In this document: in pieces, positions 27,545-36,563 of the stretch
How positions within the stretch are numbered: the stretch's first letter is position 1
Layout of the letters: each line of letters opens with the position of its first letter
Assembly: GCA_044450965.1 (NCBI GenBank)
Contig: JBIOJO010000006.1
Span: forward strand, 22,459 to 86,458
Reading direction: 5' to 3'
Length of the DNA: 64,000 bases
From: Elusimicrobiota bacterium
GTDB taxonomy: Bacteria; Elusimicrobiota; Elusimicrobia; UBA1565; UBA9628
Made by a program: the position numbers and the translations under genes
Notes under the pieces: generated by a model
The model's database searches: none
What the model saw: only the letters and a program-made list of their open reading frames with translations
What the model was told of the DNA's origin: nothing

Positions 27545-28684
27545 GTGAAGCTCCCCCGCCCGCTGTCGCACTCCTCGATCTCCCTCTACAACGAGTGCCC
27601 CCAGAAGTACAAGTTCCGCTACATCGACCAGGTCCCCGAGAAGCCCCGGCATTTCTTCTCCTTCGGGCGCAGCGTGCACTCGGCCCTGGAGTTCTTCTAC
27701 GGCGTGAAGACCCCGGTCCCCCCCACCGTGGACGACCTCCTCAAGAATTATAAAGAGGTCTGGGTCCAGGAAGGCTACCGCGATCCGTCCCAGGAAGCGG
27801 AGTATTTCGAAGAGGGCAAGCGCATCCTCAAGGCGTTCCACGCCAAGCACGCGAAGGACTTCCACGTGCCGATGTTCGTGGAGTACGGTTTCGACTTCGA
27901 GATCGAGGGCGTGCCGGTGAAGGGCTTCGTGGACCGCGTGGACCAGCTTCCCGACGGACGGCTGGCCGTGATCGACTACAAGACCGGCAAGAAGCTGGCC
28001 ACGGGCCGACTGGAAGTGGACGCCCAGCTGACGATGTACCAGTACGCGTGCGAGTCCCTGCTGGGCGCCGAGGTCGGCGAGCTGATCTTCTACCACCTGC
28101 CCACGCTGAAGGAGCACCGCGCGTCGCGCCGCGGAACGCAGCTGGTGGACGAGCTGAAGTCCCGCGTGGTGACCACGGCCGAGTCCATCACGCTGGAGAA
28201 ATTCGACCCGAAGCCCGACGAGATGGTCTGCCGCTGGTGCGACTACAAGCCGATCTGCCCCATCTTCAAAGATCAGTACGCGGGAGTTCCCATGAAGCCG
28301 GCGAAAGCCAGCGGCGAGCCGGAATTGGCGGCGCTGGTGGACAAGTACGGAGACGCGCTCGCGAAGGCATCCGCAGCCAAGGCGGAAGCCGACAAGGCCG
28401 GGATCGAACTGGCCGCCATGCTCAAGAAGAAGAACTACGTGCGCGCCTTCGGCGCGGCGTACGAGGTGGCGCTGAACCCCGTCGTGAAGTGGGAATTCCT
28501 GGATAAGAAGAAGGTTCTGGACATCATCAAGAAGGCGGGCGCGTACGAGAAGGTTCTCGCCCCCTCCGCGCCGATGGTGAGCAAGCTTCTGGAAGATCCG
28601 GCGTTGGACGCGGACCTGCGCGCGAAATTGACCGAGCTGGGCGAGCGCGTGGACTCCCCCGAGCTGAAGCTCAAGCCTCTATGA
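27545..28684 (+). CDS. PD-(D/E)XK nuclease, Cas4/AddB-like, with four-Cys cluster and ~120-aa C-terminal extension
   Basis: GTG start. Catalytic-type motifs GFVDRVD and AVIDYKTGK. Cys pattern YNECPQ ... CRWCDYKPIC (C..CxxCx5C). An Ala/Lys-rich helical tail follows residue ~255. Confidence 0.75.
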   Translation: MKLPRPLSHSSISLYNECPQKYKFRYIDQVPEKPRHFFSFGRSVHSALEFFYGVKTPVPPTVDDLLKNYKEVWVQEGYRDPSQEAEYFEEGKRILKAFHAKHAKDFHVPMFVEYGFDFEIEGVPVKGFVDRVDQLPDGRLAVIDYKTGKKLATGRLEVDAQLTMYQYACESLLGAEVGELIFYHLPTLKEHRASRRGTQLVDELKSRVVTTAESITLEKFDPKPDEMVCRWCDYKPICPIFKDQYAGVPMKPAKASGEPELAALVDKYGDALAKASAAKAEADKAGIELAAMLKKKNYVRAFGAAYEVALNPVVKWEFLDKKKVLDIIKKAGAYEKVLAPSAPMVSKLLEDPALDADLRAKLTELGERVDSPELKLKPL

Positions 28685-30165
28685 GCCCCAAAGCGCGCGA
28701 AGTTCTTCTCGCGTTGGATCAAGGGTCGTCTTCGTCTCGCGCCGTTCTGTTCGATCTGAAGGGCGGCGTCGTGGCCATGGCGTCGCGGCCCGTGCGCACC
28801 CGGCGGCCGAAGGCCGGTTGGGCAGACCACGATCCCAAGGAACTCGCCTCGACGCTCGAGTCCGCGATGGACGCCGTGCTGTCGAAGCTGGGCCCGAAGG
28901 ACAAGGTGCTCGCGGCGGGTCTGGCCGTCCAGCGTTCCACCATCGTGTTCTGCGAGAAGGGCACCTTCAAGCCCGTCGCTCCGGCCCCGAGCTGGATGGA
29001 CGGTCGCGCGGCGGAGTTCGTGGCGCCTCTTCAGGAACGGCAGGGCGAGGTTCACGGGCTTTCCGGTCTGTACGCCACGCCCTACTACTCCGCGCCGAAG
29101 ATCCGTTGGTTTCTCGATCGTGAACCGAAGGTTCGCGCTCTGGCCGATGCGGGCAAGCTTCTGTGCGCGCCGGTATCCACGTTCATCGCCGCGCGATTAA
29201 CGAAAGGCGCGGTCGTGGCGGCCGATCCGACATGCGCGCAACGCACGTTGTTGATGAACTTGGACAGCATGTCCTGGGATCCCGGTCTTTTAGCGCTATT
29301 TGGACTTTCGGCGGAGATTCTCCCCTCCATCCGTCCGTCGGGAGGGGATTGGGGCTTCATCGAACGCAAAGGCAGAAAAATCCCGTTGTTGGCCACCGTC
29401 GGAGATCAGCAATCGGCCGCCATCGGTTTGGGCGCGTCCAACGAAGGCGAGGCGGTGGCGAATTACGGCACCGGCGCGTTTCTCCTGAGGCACACCGGAC
29501 AAACGCCCGAACGCGCGCCGGGTCTTCTCGCCTCCTGCGCCGCTACGGTGGGCGGACTTCGCGGTTATTATCTCGAGGGCACGGTCCATGCAGCCGGGAC
29601 TTCCTTCGAATGGCTCCGTGATAACCTCGGACTCATGGACGACATCAAGGCCGTCGACGCCGCGTTCAAAGCCTCGAAGCGCCGCGTCCTGATGCTCCCC
29701 GCCATCGGCGGCCTGGGCGCGCCCCGTTGGGACTACAAGACCAAGACGGCCTTCTTCGGTCTCGACTCGCAGACCACGAAGCACGACTTGGTCCGTGCCA
29801 CCGCGGAAGGCCTTTGTATGTTGCTTGCCGACGCCGCCGCCGTCATGGCCGCCTCCGGCGCGGAAGTCACCCGCGCGCGCGTGGCCGGCGGCCTGTCGCG
29901 CTCCGACGCGATGATGGCCTTCCAGGCCGACGCGCTCGGCGCGGTCCTCGAGCGCCGCAAGGAAGTGGAGGCCACCGCCTTGGGCGCCGCCATTCTGGCC
30001 GCCAAGGCCGCGGGCCTGCCCGATCCCGACAAGATGTCCGACGCGAAAGTTGAGAAGACCTTCTCCCCCAAGTCCGACGAGACGGTTCGCGCTCGGCGCC
30101 GCGCGGAATGGACGGCCTTCGTCGAGTCCACCCAACGATTGAGTCGAGAGATCAGTCTCTCCTAG
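28681..30165 (+). CDS. glpK: glycerol kinase (FGGY family)
   Basis: ATGA overlap with the nuclease stop. ALDQGSSSSRAV and GDQQSAAIG match glycerol kinase motifs. 494 aa. Confidence 0.8.
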   Translation: MSPKAREVLLALDQGSSSSRAVLFDLKGGVVAMASRPVRTRRPKAGWADHDPKELASTLESAMDAVLSKLGPKDKVLAAGLAVQRSTIVFCEKGTFKPVAPAPSWMDGRAAEFVAPLQERQGEVHGLSGLYATPYYSAPKIRWFLDREPKVRALADAGKLLCAPVSTFIAARLTKGAVVAADPTCAQRTLLMNLDSMSWDPGLLALFGLSAEILPSIRPSGGDWGFIERKGRKIPLLATVGDQQSAAIGLGASNEGEAVANYGTGAFLLRHTGQTPERAPGLLASCAATVGGLRGYYLEGTVHAAGTSFEWLRDNLGLMDDIKAVDAAFKASKRRVLMLPAIGGLGAPRWDYKTKTAFFGLDSQTTKHDLVRATAEGLCMLLADAAAVMAASGAEVTRARVAGGLSRSDAMMAFQADALGAVLERRKEVEATALGAAILAAKAAGLPDPDKMSDAKVEKTFSPKSDETVRARRRAEWTAFVESTQRLSREISLS

Positions 30166-30246
30166 CCGGTCCGCATCGGAACTTTTCCGGCCTCCGGATC
30201 GTAGGGTATACGGCGATCCTGTCCCCCGTATGACCGGGCGTCGGGA

Positions 30247-30277
30247 TTGACAAAACATATGATATCGCCCATACTAT
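30247..30277 (+). promoter_or_regulatory. sigma-70-type promoter of hicAB (TTGACA-N17-CATACT / TACTAT)
   Basis: TTGACA at 30247-30252. The -10 is CATACT (30270-30275), overlapping TACTAT. The ATG at 30282 leaves no room for a Shine-Dalgarno. The palindromes CATATG and GATATC lie in the spacer. Confidence 0.5.
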
Positions 30278-30281
30278 CACT

Positions 30282-30530
30282 ATGAAGGAGGCCAAGCTCG
30301 TCGAGTTGGCCCGGACCAATCCCGGAGGCCTTCGCTTTTCGGATCTGTGCCGGCTTGCGGAAGCGTTCGGATTCGTTTTCCAACGTCAAAAAGGTTCGCA
30401 CCGATTGTATGCGCACGAGGGGCTCAGGCAGATCATGAATTTCCAGAACGATCGCGGAACGGCGAAGGCTTATCAGGTGAGGCAATTGCTGGAATGCGTC
30501 GATCGGAACCAATTGACGCTTGGAGCATGA
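30282..30530 (+). CDS. hicA: type II toxin HicA family
   Basis: 82 aa with the core FQRQKGSHRLYAH...GTAKAYQVRQLL, typical of HicA. ATGA overlap with the antitoxin start. Confidence 0.8.
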   Translation: MKEAKLVELARTNPGGLRFSDLCRLAEAFGFVFQRQKGSHRLYAHEGLRQIMNFQNDRGTAKAYQVRQLLECVDRNQLTLGA

Positions 30531-30892
30531 AGAACATGGTTGATCTCTACGAGCGCAAGGTGTTTTACAGCAAGGAAGACAAAGGCTGGATCGCGGTGGC
30601 TCCGGAGCTTCCCGGCTGCTCGGCATTCGGCAAGACCGCGGACCGGGCGCTCAAGGAGCTCGAGGCGGCCATTGAGCTTTGGCTGGACACCGCCAAGTCC
30701 AAGAAATGGAACGTCCCGAAGCCCGTCGCCGCCAAGGAACCCGCCGGGAAAGTCCTGCTTCGTCTCCCCCGCGAACTGCACCGCGATTATCTGGATTTAG
30801 CGATGAGAGACGGAGTTTCCCTCAACCAATACATGCTGTACGTGCTGGCGCGATACCGAGAGATGGGGCATCTAGCCCGGCATTTCAAATAA
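30527..30892 (+). CDS. hicB: type II antitoxin HicB family with C-terminal RHH-like DNA-binding region
   Basis: 121 aa by counting. HicB fold signature WIAVAPELPGCSAFGKTADRALKELEAAIELWL, then LLRLPRELHRDYLDLAMRDGVSLNQY. Confidence 0.8.
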   Translation: MKNMVDLYERKVFYSKEDKGWIAVAPELPGCSAFGKTADRALKELEAAIELWLDTAKSKKWNVPKPVAAKEPAGKVLLRLPRELHRDYLDLAMRDGVSLNQYMLYVLARYREMGHLARHFK

Positions 30893-30904
30893 GCCCTGAA
30901 GCAT

Positions 30905-31570
30905 TCATGATTCGGCGAGCTTGAGGCGGGCGATCAGCCGGTCGTAGTCCAGGCCGGAGAAGCCGGACAGCTCGAAGTCGGCCAGGGAAAGGTCCTGCTT
31001 CTCGTTGTGCGCGGTGCGGAAGGCGGCGGTGCGCAGGCCCGCGCGCTTGGCCGCGAGCAGGCCGATGGACGAGTCCTCGATGGCCAGGCACTCCACCGTC
31101 GGGATCTTGAGCCGGGACGCGGCTTCCAGGTAGATGTCGGGCTGGGGCTTGGTGCGGCCGCCCACGTCGTCGGCGGAGACGATCTCGTCCAGCAGCGGCG
31201 ACAGGCTGAAGCGGTCCACCACGTGCGCGATCCACCGCGACGGCGAGGACGAGGCGATGGCGGTGCGGACGCCCCTGTGCTTGAGGCCCAGGGCCAGGTT
31301 GATGAAGCCGTCGGCGATCTCCACGCGCTGGAGGTACACCTTGCGGGCGACCTCATCGCTGCGGCTGAGGAACTCCACCTTCCCCATCGTCAGGTTGAAC
31401 TTCTTCTCCAGGTGGTGGAACACGTCCTCCACCCCCATGCCGACGATGAGCTCGTGATCCGAGGCCTTCCAGGAGGGCACGACGGCGCGGAAGAATTCCT
31501 CCTCCACCGCCTTCCATTCGGACTCGCTGTCCACGATGACGCCGTCCATGTCGAAGACGACGGCGCGCAT
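30905..31570 (-). CDS. HAD-superfamily hydrolase (beta-phosphoglucomutase-like subfamily)
   Basis: Motif I VVFDMDGVIVDSE. Later motifs AIASSS and IEDSSIGLLAAKRAG. Confidence 0.8.
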   Translation of the reverse strand: MRAVVFDMDGVIVDSESEWKAVEEEFFRAVVPSWKASDHELIVGMGVEDVFHHLEKKFNLTMGKVEFLSRSDEVARKVYLQRVEIADGFINLALGLKHRGVRTAIASSSPSRWIAHVVDRFSLSPLLDEIVSADDVGGRTKPQPDIYLEAASRLKIPTVECLAIEDSSIGLLAAKRAGLRTAAFRTAHNEKQDLSLADFELSGFSGLDYDRLIARLKLAES

Positions 31571-33324
31571 CAGGCCTCCGGGGCTTCCAGCTGCTGGTAG
31601 CGCTGGAGCGTCGCGTAGACCCCGTTCTTGGCCATCAGCTCGGCGTGCGTGCCCGCTTCCTCGACGCGGCCGGTGCGCATCACGATGATGCGGTCGGCCT
31701 TCTGCACCGTGGAGAGCCGGTGCGCGATCATGACCACCGTGCGGCCCGGGTACAGACGCTCCATGGCGTTCTGCACCGCGCGCTCGCTGCCCGTGTCCAG
31801 GTTCGAGGTCGCCTCGTCGAGAATGAGGAGCTTGGGGTCCTTCAGCACCGCGCGCGCGATGGCCAGGCGCTGGCGCTGGCCGCCGGACAGGCGCGCGCCG
31901 CGGTCGCCCAGCGGTGTATCTAAACCGAGCTTCATGGAGGCGACGAAATCGGCGGCATCGGCTACTTTTAAAGCGTTTTGAACATCATTACGCGACGCGC
32001 CCGGGCGGCCGACCGCAACGTTGCCCATGACGGTGTCGTTGAAGAGAATGGTCTCCTGGGAAACGAGGCCGAGGTGTTCGCGCAAATTATGCGAGGACAT
32101 CTCGCGTAAATCGACGCCGTCGATGGTGATGCGGCCTTCGGTCGGGTCAAATAAACGGAGCAACAGATGAACGAAGGTGGTCTTGCCTGAGCCCGACGGT
32201 CCGGCGAGCGCCACGACTTCACCGGGCTTAATCGTTAGCGAAACATCGTGCAGCGCCCACGTCTCTCTGCCGGGATAGCGGAACGAAACGTGCTCGAAAA
32301 CGATCCCTTGGTTTAACGACGGGAATGCCTTCGGCGTTTTGGGCTCGATGACAGTAGGGACTTCGTCGAGCACGGAAAAAATTCGTTCTGCCGACGCCAG
32401 CCCCAACTGCAAGGTCGCGTTCATCTGCGCGAGATTCTTGATCGGTCCGTACGCCATGAAGAAGCATCCGAGGAAAACGGAAAATTGACCGGGCGTCATG
32501 GTTCCGGCGCCGATCTGTTTGCCGCCCAGGTACACGATGGAAGCGATGATCAACGAACCGAGAAACTCCATGAGCGGCCCCGACAGCGCCGTGGCTCGGA
32601 AGTATCTCATCATCTGGTGAAAAAACTCGTCGTTCTCCGTGCGGAACTTCGCGATGGATCCTTCTTCAAAATTAAAGGACTTCACCACCAGCATTCCCTG
32701 CAGACTTTCTTGGAATCGATGGTAGATTTCCCCCATCACTTCCTGGCCTCGGCGTCCCGCGGAACGCAATTTCCGTCCCAAAACTCCCAGCACCCCGCCC
32801 GCCATCGGGATCGCGATCAGGGCGATCGCCGCGAACTTGGGGTTGGTATACACCATGACGACCAACATCACGACGATCGTCAATGAGTCGCGGATCGCGT
32901 ACAGCGGCACGAACTGCAGAGCGGACTGCAGAGCCGTCATGTCGTTGGTCAGCTTGGACATGACCTCGCCGCCCTTCGACTTCCAGAAGAAGTCCATGGA
33001 CAGGCGGTGGAGGTGCGTGAACAGGTCCTCGCGGATCTCCTGGGTGATCTTCTGCCCCAGCCAGCTCATCAGGTAGGCGAGCGTGTACTTGAAGATCAGC
33101 ATCAGGAAGAAGATGCCCGGGATCAGCATCGCCACCTGGATCAGCTTCGTCGGATCGGCGTTGACGGAGCCGAAAAGACTGCTGGTGACCGGGTCCAGCA
33201 CCTTGACCATCGCCCCGTTGAGCGCCGCCACCACCACCATGACCGCGCAGGCCTGGAGCAGGCGCGCGCGGTGCGGGCGCACGTAGGCCACGATCCGGCG
33301 GATCGAGGCGCGGTCGGTGCTCAC
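31570..33324 (-). CDS. ABC exporter, fused permease/ATPase (MsbA-like)
   Basis: GTG start. Six-TM N-domain. Walker A GPSGSGKTT, signature LSGGQRQRLAIARA, Walker B LLILDEATSNLD. Confidence 0.9.
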   Translation of the reverse strand: MSTDRASIRRIVAYVRPHRARLLQACAVMVVVAALNGAMVKVLDPVTSSLFGSVNADPTKLIQVAMLIPGIFFLMLIFKYTLAYLMSWLGQKITQEIREDLFTHLHRLSMDFFWKSKGGEVMSKLTNDMTALQSALQFVPLYAIRDSLTIVVMLVVMVYTNPKFAAIALIAIPMAGGVLGVLGRKLRSAGRRGQEVMGEIYHRFQESLQGMLVVKSFNFEEGSIAKFRTENDEFFHQMMRYFRATALSGPLMEFLGSLIIASIVYLGGKQIGAGTMTPGQFSVFLGCFFMAYGPIKNLAQMNATLQLGLASAERIFSVLDEVPTVIEPKTPKAFPSLNQGIVFEHVSFRYPGRETWALHDVSLTIKPGEVVALAGPSGSGKTTFVHLLLRLFDPTEGRITIDGVDLREMSSHNLREHLGLVSQETILFNDTVMGNVAVGRPGASRNDVQNALKVADAADFVASMKLGLDTPLGDRGARLSGGQRQRLAIARAVLKDPKLLILDEATSNLDTGSERAVQNAMERLYPGRTVVMIAHRLSTVQKADRIIVMRTGRVEEAGTHAELMAKNGVYATLQRYQQLEAPEA

Positions 33325-34505
33325 CGCGCGGCCGTCGCCGTGAGCTTGGGCAAGGTCGCGCGGATGGACGCCAGCGCGGTTTCGATGTTGGCCACGGAAT
33401 TCGCGTAAGAGAAGCGGAGGTAGCCTTCGCCGTAAGAACCGAACGACGTTCCGGGGAGACAGGCGACCCCCGCTTCGTTGAGCAAGGCGTCGGCGAGAAC
33501 CTTGGAGGTCAGCCCCGTGGCCTTGATGTTAGGGAAGACGTAGAAGGACGCCGACGGCGTGAGGCAGGAAATTCCAGGTATGGAATTTAATCCTTTCACG
33601 ATCACGTCGCGCCGTTTCCGGAATTCCGCCACCATGGCCGTCACGGAGTCCTGCGGCCCGTTTAATGCCTCGATCGCCGCGATCTGGGCGAACGACGCCA
33701 CGCACGAGTGGTCGTTGGTGGCCAGCTTGGCGATCGCGTCGATCAGCCACTTCGGCCCCACGCCGTAGCCCAGGCGCCAGCCCGTCATGGCCCAGGTCTT
33801 CGAGAAGCCGTCCAGGATGATGCAGCGCTCCTTCATGCCCGGCAGGGACGCGATGGAGCGGTGCGTTCCCCCGTAGAGCACGCGGGAGTAGATCTCGTCG
33901 GTCAGCACCATCGCGCCCGGAAACTTCCGGAGCGCGGCCGCGACGCGGTCCATGGTGGCGTCGGCCATCACGCCGCCGGTGGGATTGGCCGGGGAGTTGA
34001 GGATGACCAGCTTGGTCTTCGGCGTCAGCAGGCGCTCGAACTCCGCCGGGTCGAAATCGAAGCCGTTCTCCTCGCGGATGGGCAGAGGCACGGCCTTGCC
34101 GCCCACGTAGTTGATCATGGACTCGTAGATCGGGAAGCCCGGGTTCGGGTAGATGACCTCGTCGCCCGCGTCGATCAGCGCCAGGATGGTGAAGAAGATG
34201 ATCGGCTTGCCGCCGGGGACGATGACCGTCTCCTCGGGGGCGTAGGACATGCCCCGCGTCTTGGAGACGTACTCGGCCACGGCCTTGCGCGTCTGCGGCA
34301 GGCCGGCGGAGGGGCCGTAGTGCGTCCAGCCCTCGTCCAGCGCCTTCTTCGCCGCGTCGCGGATGTTGGCGGGAGTGTCGAAGTCCGGCTCGCCGATTTC
34401 CAGGTGGACGATCTTCCGTCCCTGCGCCTCCAGGGCGCGGGCGCGGACCAGGACTTCGAAGGCGGTTTCGGTTCCCAGGCGGGAATAGCTCTGAGCGAGT
34501 TTCAT
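33321..34505 (-). CDS. pyridoxal-phosphate-dependent aminotransferase (class I, aspartate aminotransferase-like)
   Basis: 394 aa. PLP-lysine region DGFSKTWAMTGWRLGY and NSPANPTG. Confidence 0.9.
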   Translation of the reverse strand: MKLAQSYSRLGTETAFEVLVRARALEAQGRKIVHLEIGEPDFDTPANIRDAAKKALDEGWTHYGPSAGLPQTRKAVAEYVSKTRGMSYAPEETVIVPGGKPIIFFTILALIDAGDEVIYPNPGFPIYESMINYVGGKAVPLPIREENGFDFDPAEFERLLTPKTKLVILNSPANPTGGVMADATMDRVAAALRKFPGAMVLTDEIYSRVLYGGTHRSIASLPGMKERCIILDGFSKTWAMTGWRLGYGVGPKWLIDAIAKLATNDHSCVASFAQIAAIEALNGPQDSVTAMVAEFRKRRDVIVKGLNSIPGISCLTPSASFYVFPNIKATGLTSKVLADALLNEAGVACLPGTSFGSYGEGYLRFSYANSVANIETALASIRATLPKLTATAAR

Positions 34506-34514
34506 GGCGTGATT

Positions 34515-35027
34515 TTAGCTTTTCTCCGGGGATTTCGGCGCGGCGGCGCGGCCGAAGATGTTCCGCAGCTGGGCTTCGTTGAGCTCCATGAAGCGTCCGT
34601 GGGCGGCGGCGTACACGGTTCCGTCGGGGCCGACCAGCTCTCCGGTCAGGTCCATCAGGCGCTTGCGGCTGGCGACGATGCGCGTGACCACCAGCAATTG
34701 GGATCCGACCGGCGTGCCCTTTCGGAACTCGGTGGTCAGGCGCGCGGTCATCACGCGCCGCCCGGCCAGCCACGCGGCCGCGCCCAGCGCCTCGTCCAAA
34801 GCGGTCAGGATGGCGCCGCCGTGCACCAGGCCCGGCGCGCCCTCGGACAGCGGGCCGAACTCGGCCGTCGCGGTCAGGCCTCCGTCCGGACGACGGTAGT
34901 AGCGCAGGACGATGCGGCCCTCGCTGGAGGTCATTCCCGCGAAGGCTCCGCGCGCCTCCGCGAACGGGAAGGGTTGAACCGGGGTCCAGTCGGCTTCGGG
35001 CCAGCGCGCCATTCCTGTTTCTAGCAT
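34515..35027 (-). CDS. PaaI/4HBT-type hotdog thioesterase
   Basis: Core GLVHGGAILTALDEALG, typical of PaaI-family thioesterases. 170 aa. Confidence 0.7.
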   Translation of the reverse strand: MLETGMARWPEADWTPVQPFPFAEARGAFAGMTSSEGRIVLRYYRRPDGGLTATAEFGPLSEGAPGLVHGGAILTALDEALGAAAWLAGRRVMTARLTTEFRKGTPVGSQLLVVTRIVASRKRLMDLTGELVGPDGTVYAAAHGRFMELNEAQLRNIFGRAAAPKSPEKS

Positions 35028-35059
35028 TTGACCCGGCGGACGGGCTATAATGGCCCGCG

Positions 35060-35518
35060 ATGAGTTTCGAGAAAGCGGCGGAGCAGGACGGACGCGAGGT
35101 GTGGCTGGCGGTCCTGGCCGCGCCGGAGGAGGCCGCCGATTGGGCCGGCACCGCCAAGCCGCGCGGAGGAGTGCTGGCCTATCTGGACGGCTGGGACGAC
35201 GCCGAACTGACCCGCTTCTGCGCGGAGATCCTGAAGCTTCGGCCGTCCGAGATGGCCTTCGCGGGCGCGGCGGCCGCCGAGGCGCGCGTCGCCCTGGCGC
35301 GGCTGGCCCCGGACCTGCCCTCCACCGTCCGCAGCGACGAGCCGCTGGACGAGACGGTGTGGTACATGTTCTTCGCCAGCTACGAGCCCGACCCGGCCAC
35401 GCGCCGCCAGCCGCCGCTGATCGTGGCCTTCCGCGCGGGCGACCCGCGCATCGGCCAGTTCAAGATCCTCGCCGCGCGCTTCGCCGCCGCGATGAACGAA
35501 GTCCTCGAGCGCGACTAG
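35060..35518 (+). CDS. hypothetical protein
   Basis: 152-aa ORF with strong GC3 bias. No recognisable motif. TATAAT lies 8 nt upstream of the ATG. Confidence 0.5.
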   Translation: MSFEKAAEQDGREVWLAVLAAPEEAADWAGTAKPRGGVLAYLDGWDDAELTRFCAEILKLRPSEMAFAGAAAAEARVALARLAPDLPSTVRSDEPLDETVWYMFFASYEPDPATRRQPPLIVAFRAGDPRIGQFKILAARFAAAMNEVLERD

Positions 35519-35523
35519 GGCGC

Positions 35524-36534
35524 TTACTCCGGCAGCGCGGGCGGCGCGATCAGGACCTTGTCGCCGTTGAGCGCGTCCAGGAACGCGACCACGTCGGCCT
35601 CCTCGGCCGGCGTGAGATGGAGCGGGTGGATGCGCCCGTCCAAATGCGGGTTCTTCTCGCCGCCCTTGTTGTAGAACGCCACCACGGCCTTCAAGGTCTT
35701 CTCCGAGCCGTCGTGCATGTACGGCGCGGTGTCGGCCAGGTTGCGCAAGGTCGGCGTCTTGAACGCGCCCTTGTCCTTGTCGGCCTTGGTGACGTCGAAC
35801 CGCCCCAGGTCGGGCTTCTTCGCCTTCATCCCGACGCCCAGGTTATGGAAATCGGAGTCGGAGAAGTTGAAGCCGTCGTGGCAGATCGCGCAGTTGGCCT
35901 TTTGGCTGTTGTTGAACAGGGCGAAGCCGCGGACCGCGGCTTCGCTCATCGCCGTCTTGTTCCCCGCCTGCCAGCGGTCGTAGGGCGAGTCGCCGGTCAG
36001 CACGGTGCGCTCGAAGGCGGCGATGGCCTTGGCCACGCGTTCGATGTCCACGGCCTCGTCGCCGAACGCGTCCTTGAATAGCGGCGCGTAGCCTTTGACC
36101 CCCGCGATTCGCGCGACGGTCTCCTTGTGCGTGGAGCCCATCTCGATGGGATTTTGGATGGGGCCCTTCGCCTGGTCCTCCAGCGTCTTCGCGCGGCCGT
36201 CCCAGAACTGGAGGTCCATGTACCCGGAGTTCAGGACGGTCGGGGCCGAGCGGCCGCCCTTCTGGCCCCTGATGCCGGTGGACACGGGCGAGCGGTCGGT
36301 CCAGCCCTTCGCCGGATCGTGGCAGGTCGCGCAGGACACGGTGCCGTCGGCGGAGATCCGCTTGTCGAAGTAAAGACGCTCGCCCAGCGCGACCTTCGCG
36401 GCGGTGGTGGGATTGTCCTCGGGGGCTTCGGGAGCGCCTTTCAGGCCCAGCGGGACCTTCGTCTCGTAGGCGTCGGCGGCGCGCGCCGGAACGGCGGAGA
36501 GGGCGAGAATCGCGGCGAGGACGGGGATCAGCAT
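35524..36534 (-). CDS. di-haem cytochrome c peroxidase (CCP/MauG family)
   Basis: Signal peptide. Two haem-binding motifs, CATCH and CAICH, at CCP-typical spacing. Confidence 0.9.
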   Translation of the reverse strand: MLIPVLAAILALSAVPARAADAYETKVPLGLKGAPEAPEDNPTTAAKVALGERLYFDKRISADGTVSCATCHDPAKGWTDRSPVSTGIRGQKGGRSAPTVLNSGYMDLQFWDGRAKTLEDQAKGPIQNPIEMGSTHKETVARIAGVKGYAPLFKDAFGDEAVDIERVAKAIAAFERTVLTGDSPYDRWQAGNKTAMSEAAVRGFALFNNSQKANCAICHDGFNFSDSDFHNLGVGMKAKKPDLGRFDVTKADKDKGAFKTPTLRNLADTAPYMHDGSEKTLKAVVAFYNKGGEKNPHLDGRIHPLHLTPAEEADVVAFLDALNGDKVLIAPPALPE

Positions 36535-36549
36535 GGTTCCACCTGTTTA

Positions 36550-36563
36550 ATAATAATTATTAT
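36550..36563. promoter_or_regulatory. perfect 14-bp all-A/T palindrome ATAATAATTATTAT in the ccp / aldehyde-dehydrogenase divergent region
   Basis: Read directly. It lies 16 nt upstream of the ccp start in an otherwise GC-rich genome. Confidence 0.35.

Noticed and set aside
33529-35157. 542-aa minus-strand ORF, and the similar 37280-38908 minus-strand ORF
   Set aside because: The first is an out-of-frame overlap with the aminotransferase and thioesterase genes. The second is antisense to the aldehyde dehydrogenase and enoyl-CoA hydratase genes. Both give Arg/Pro/Gly-rich translations without motifs.
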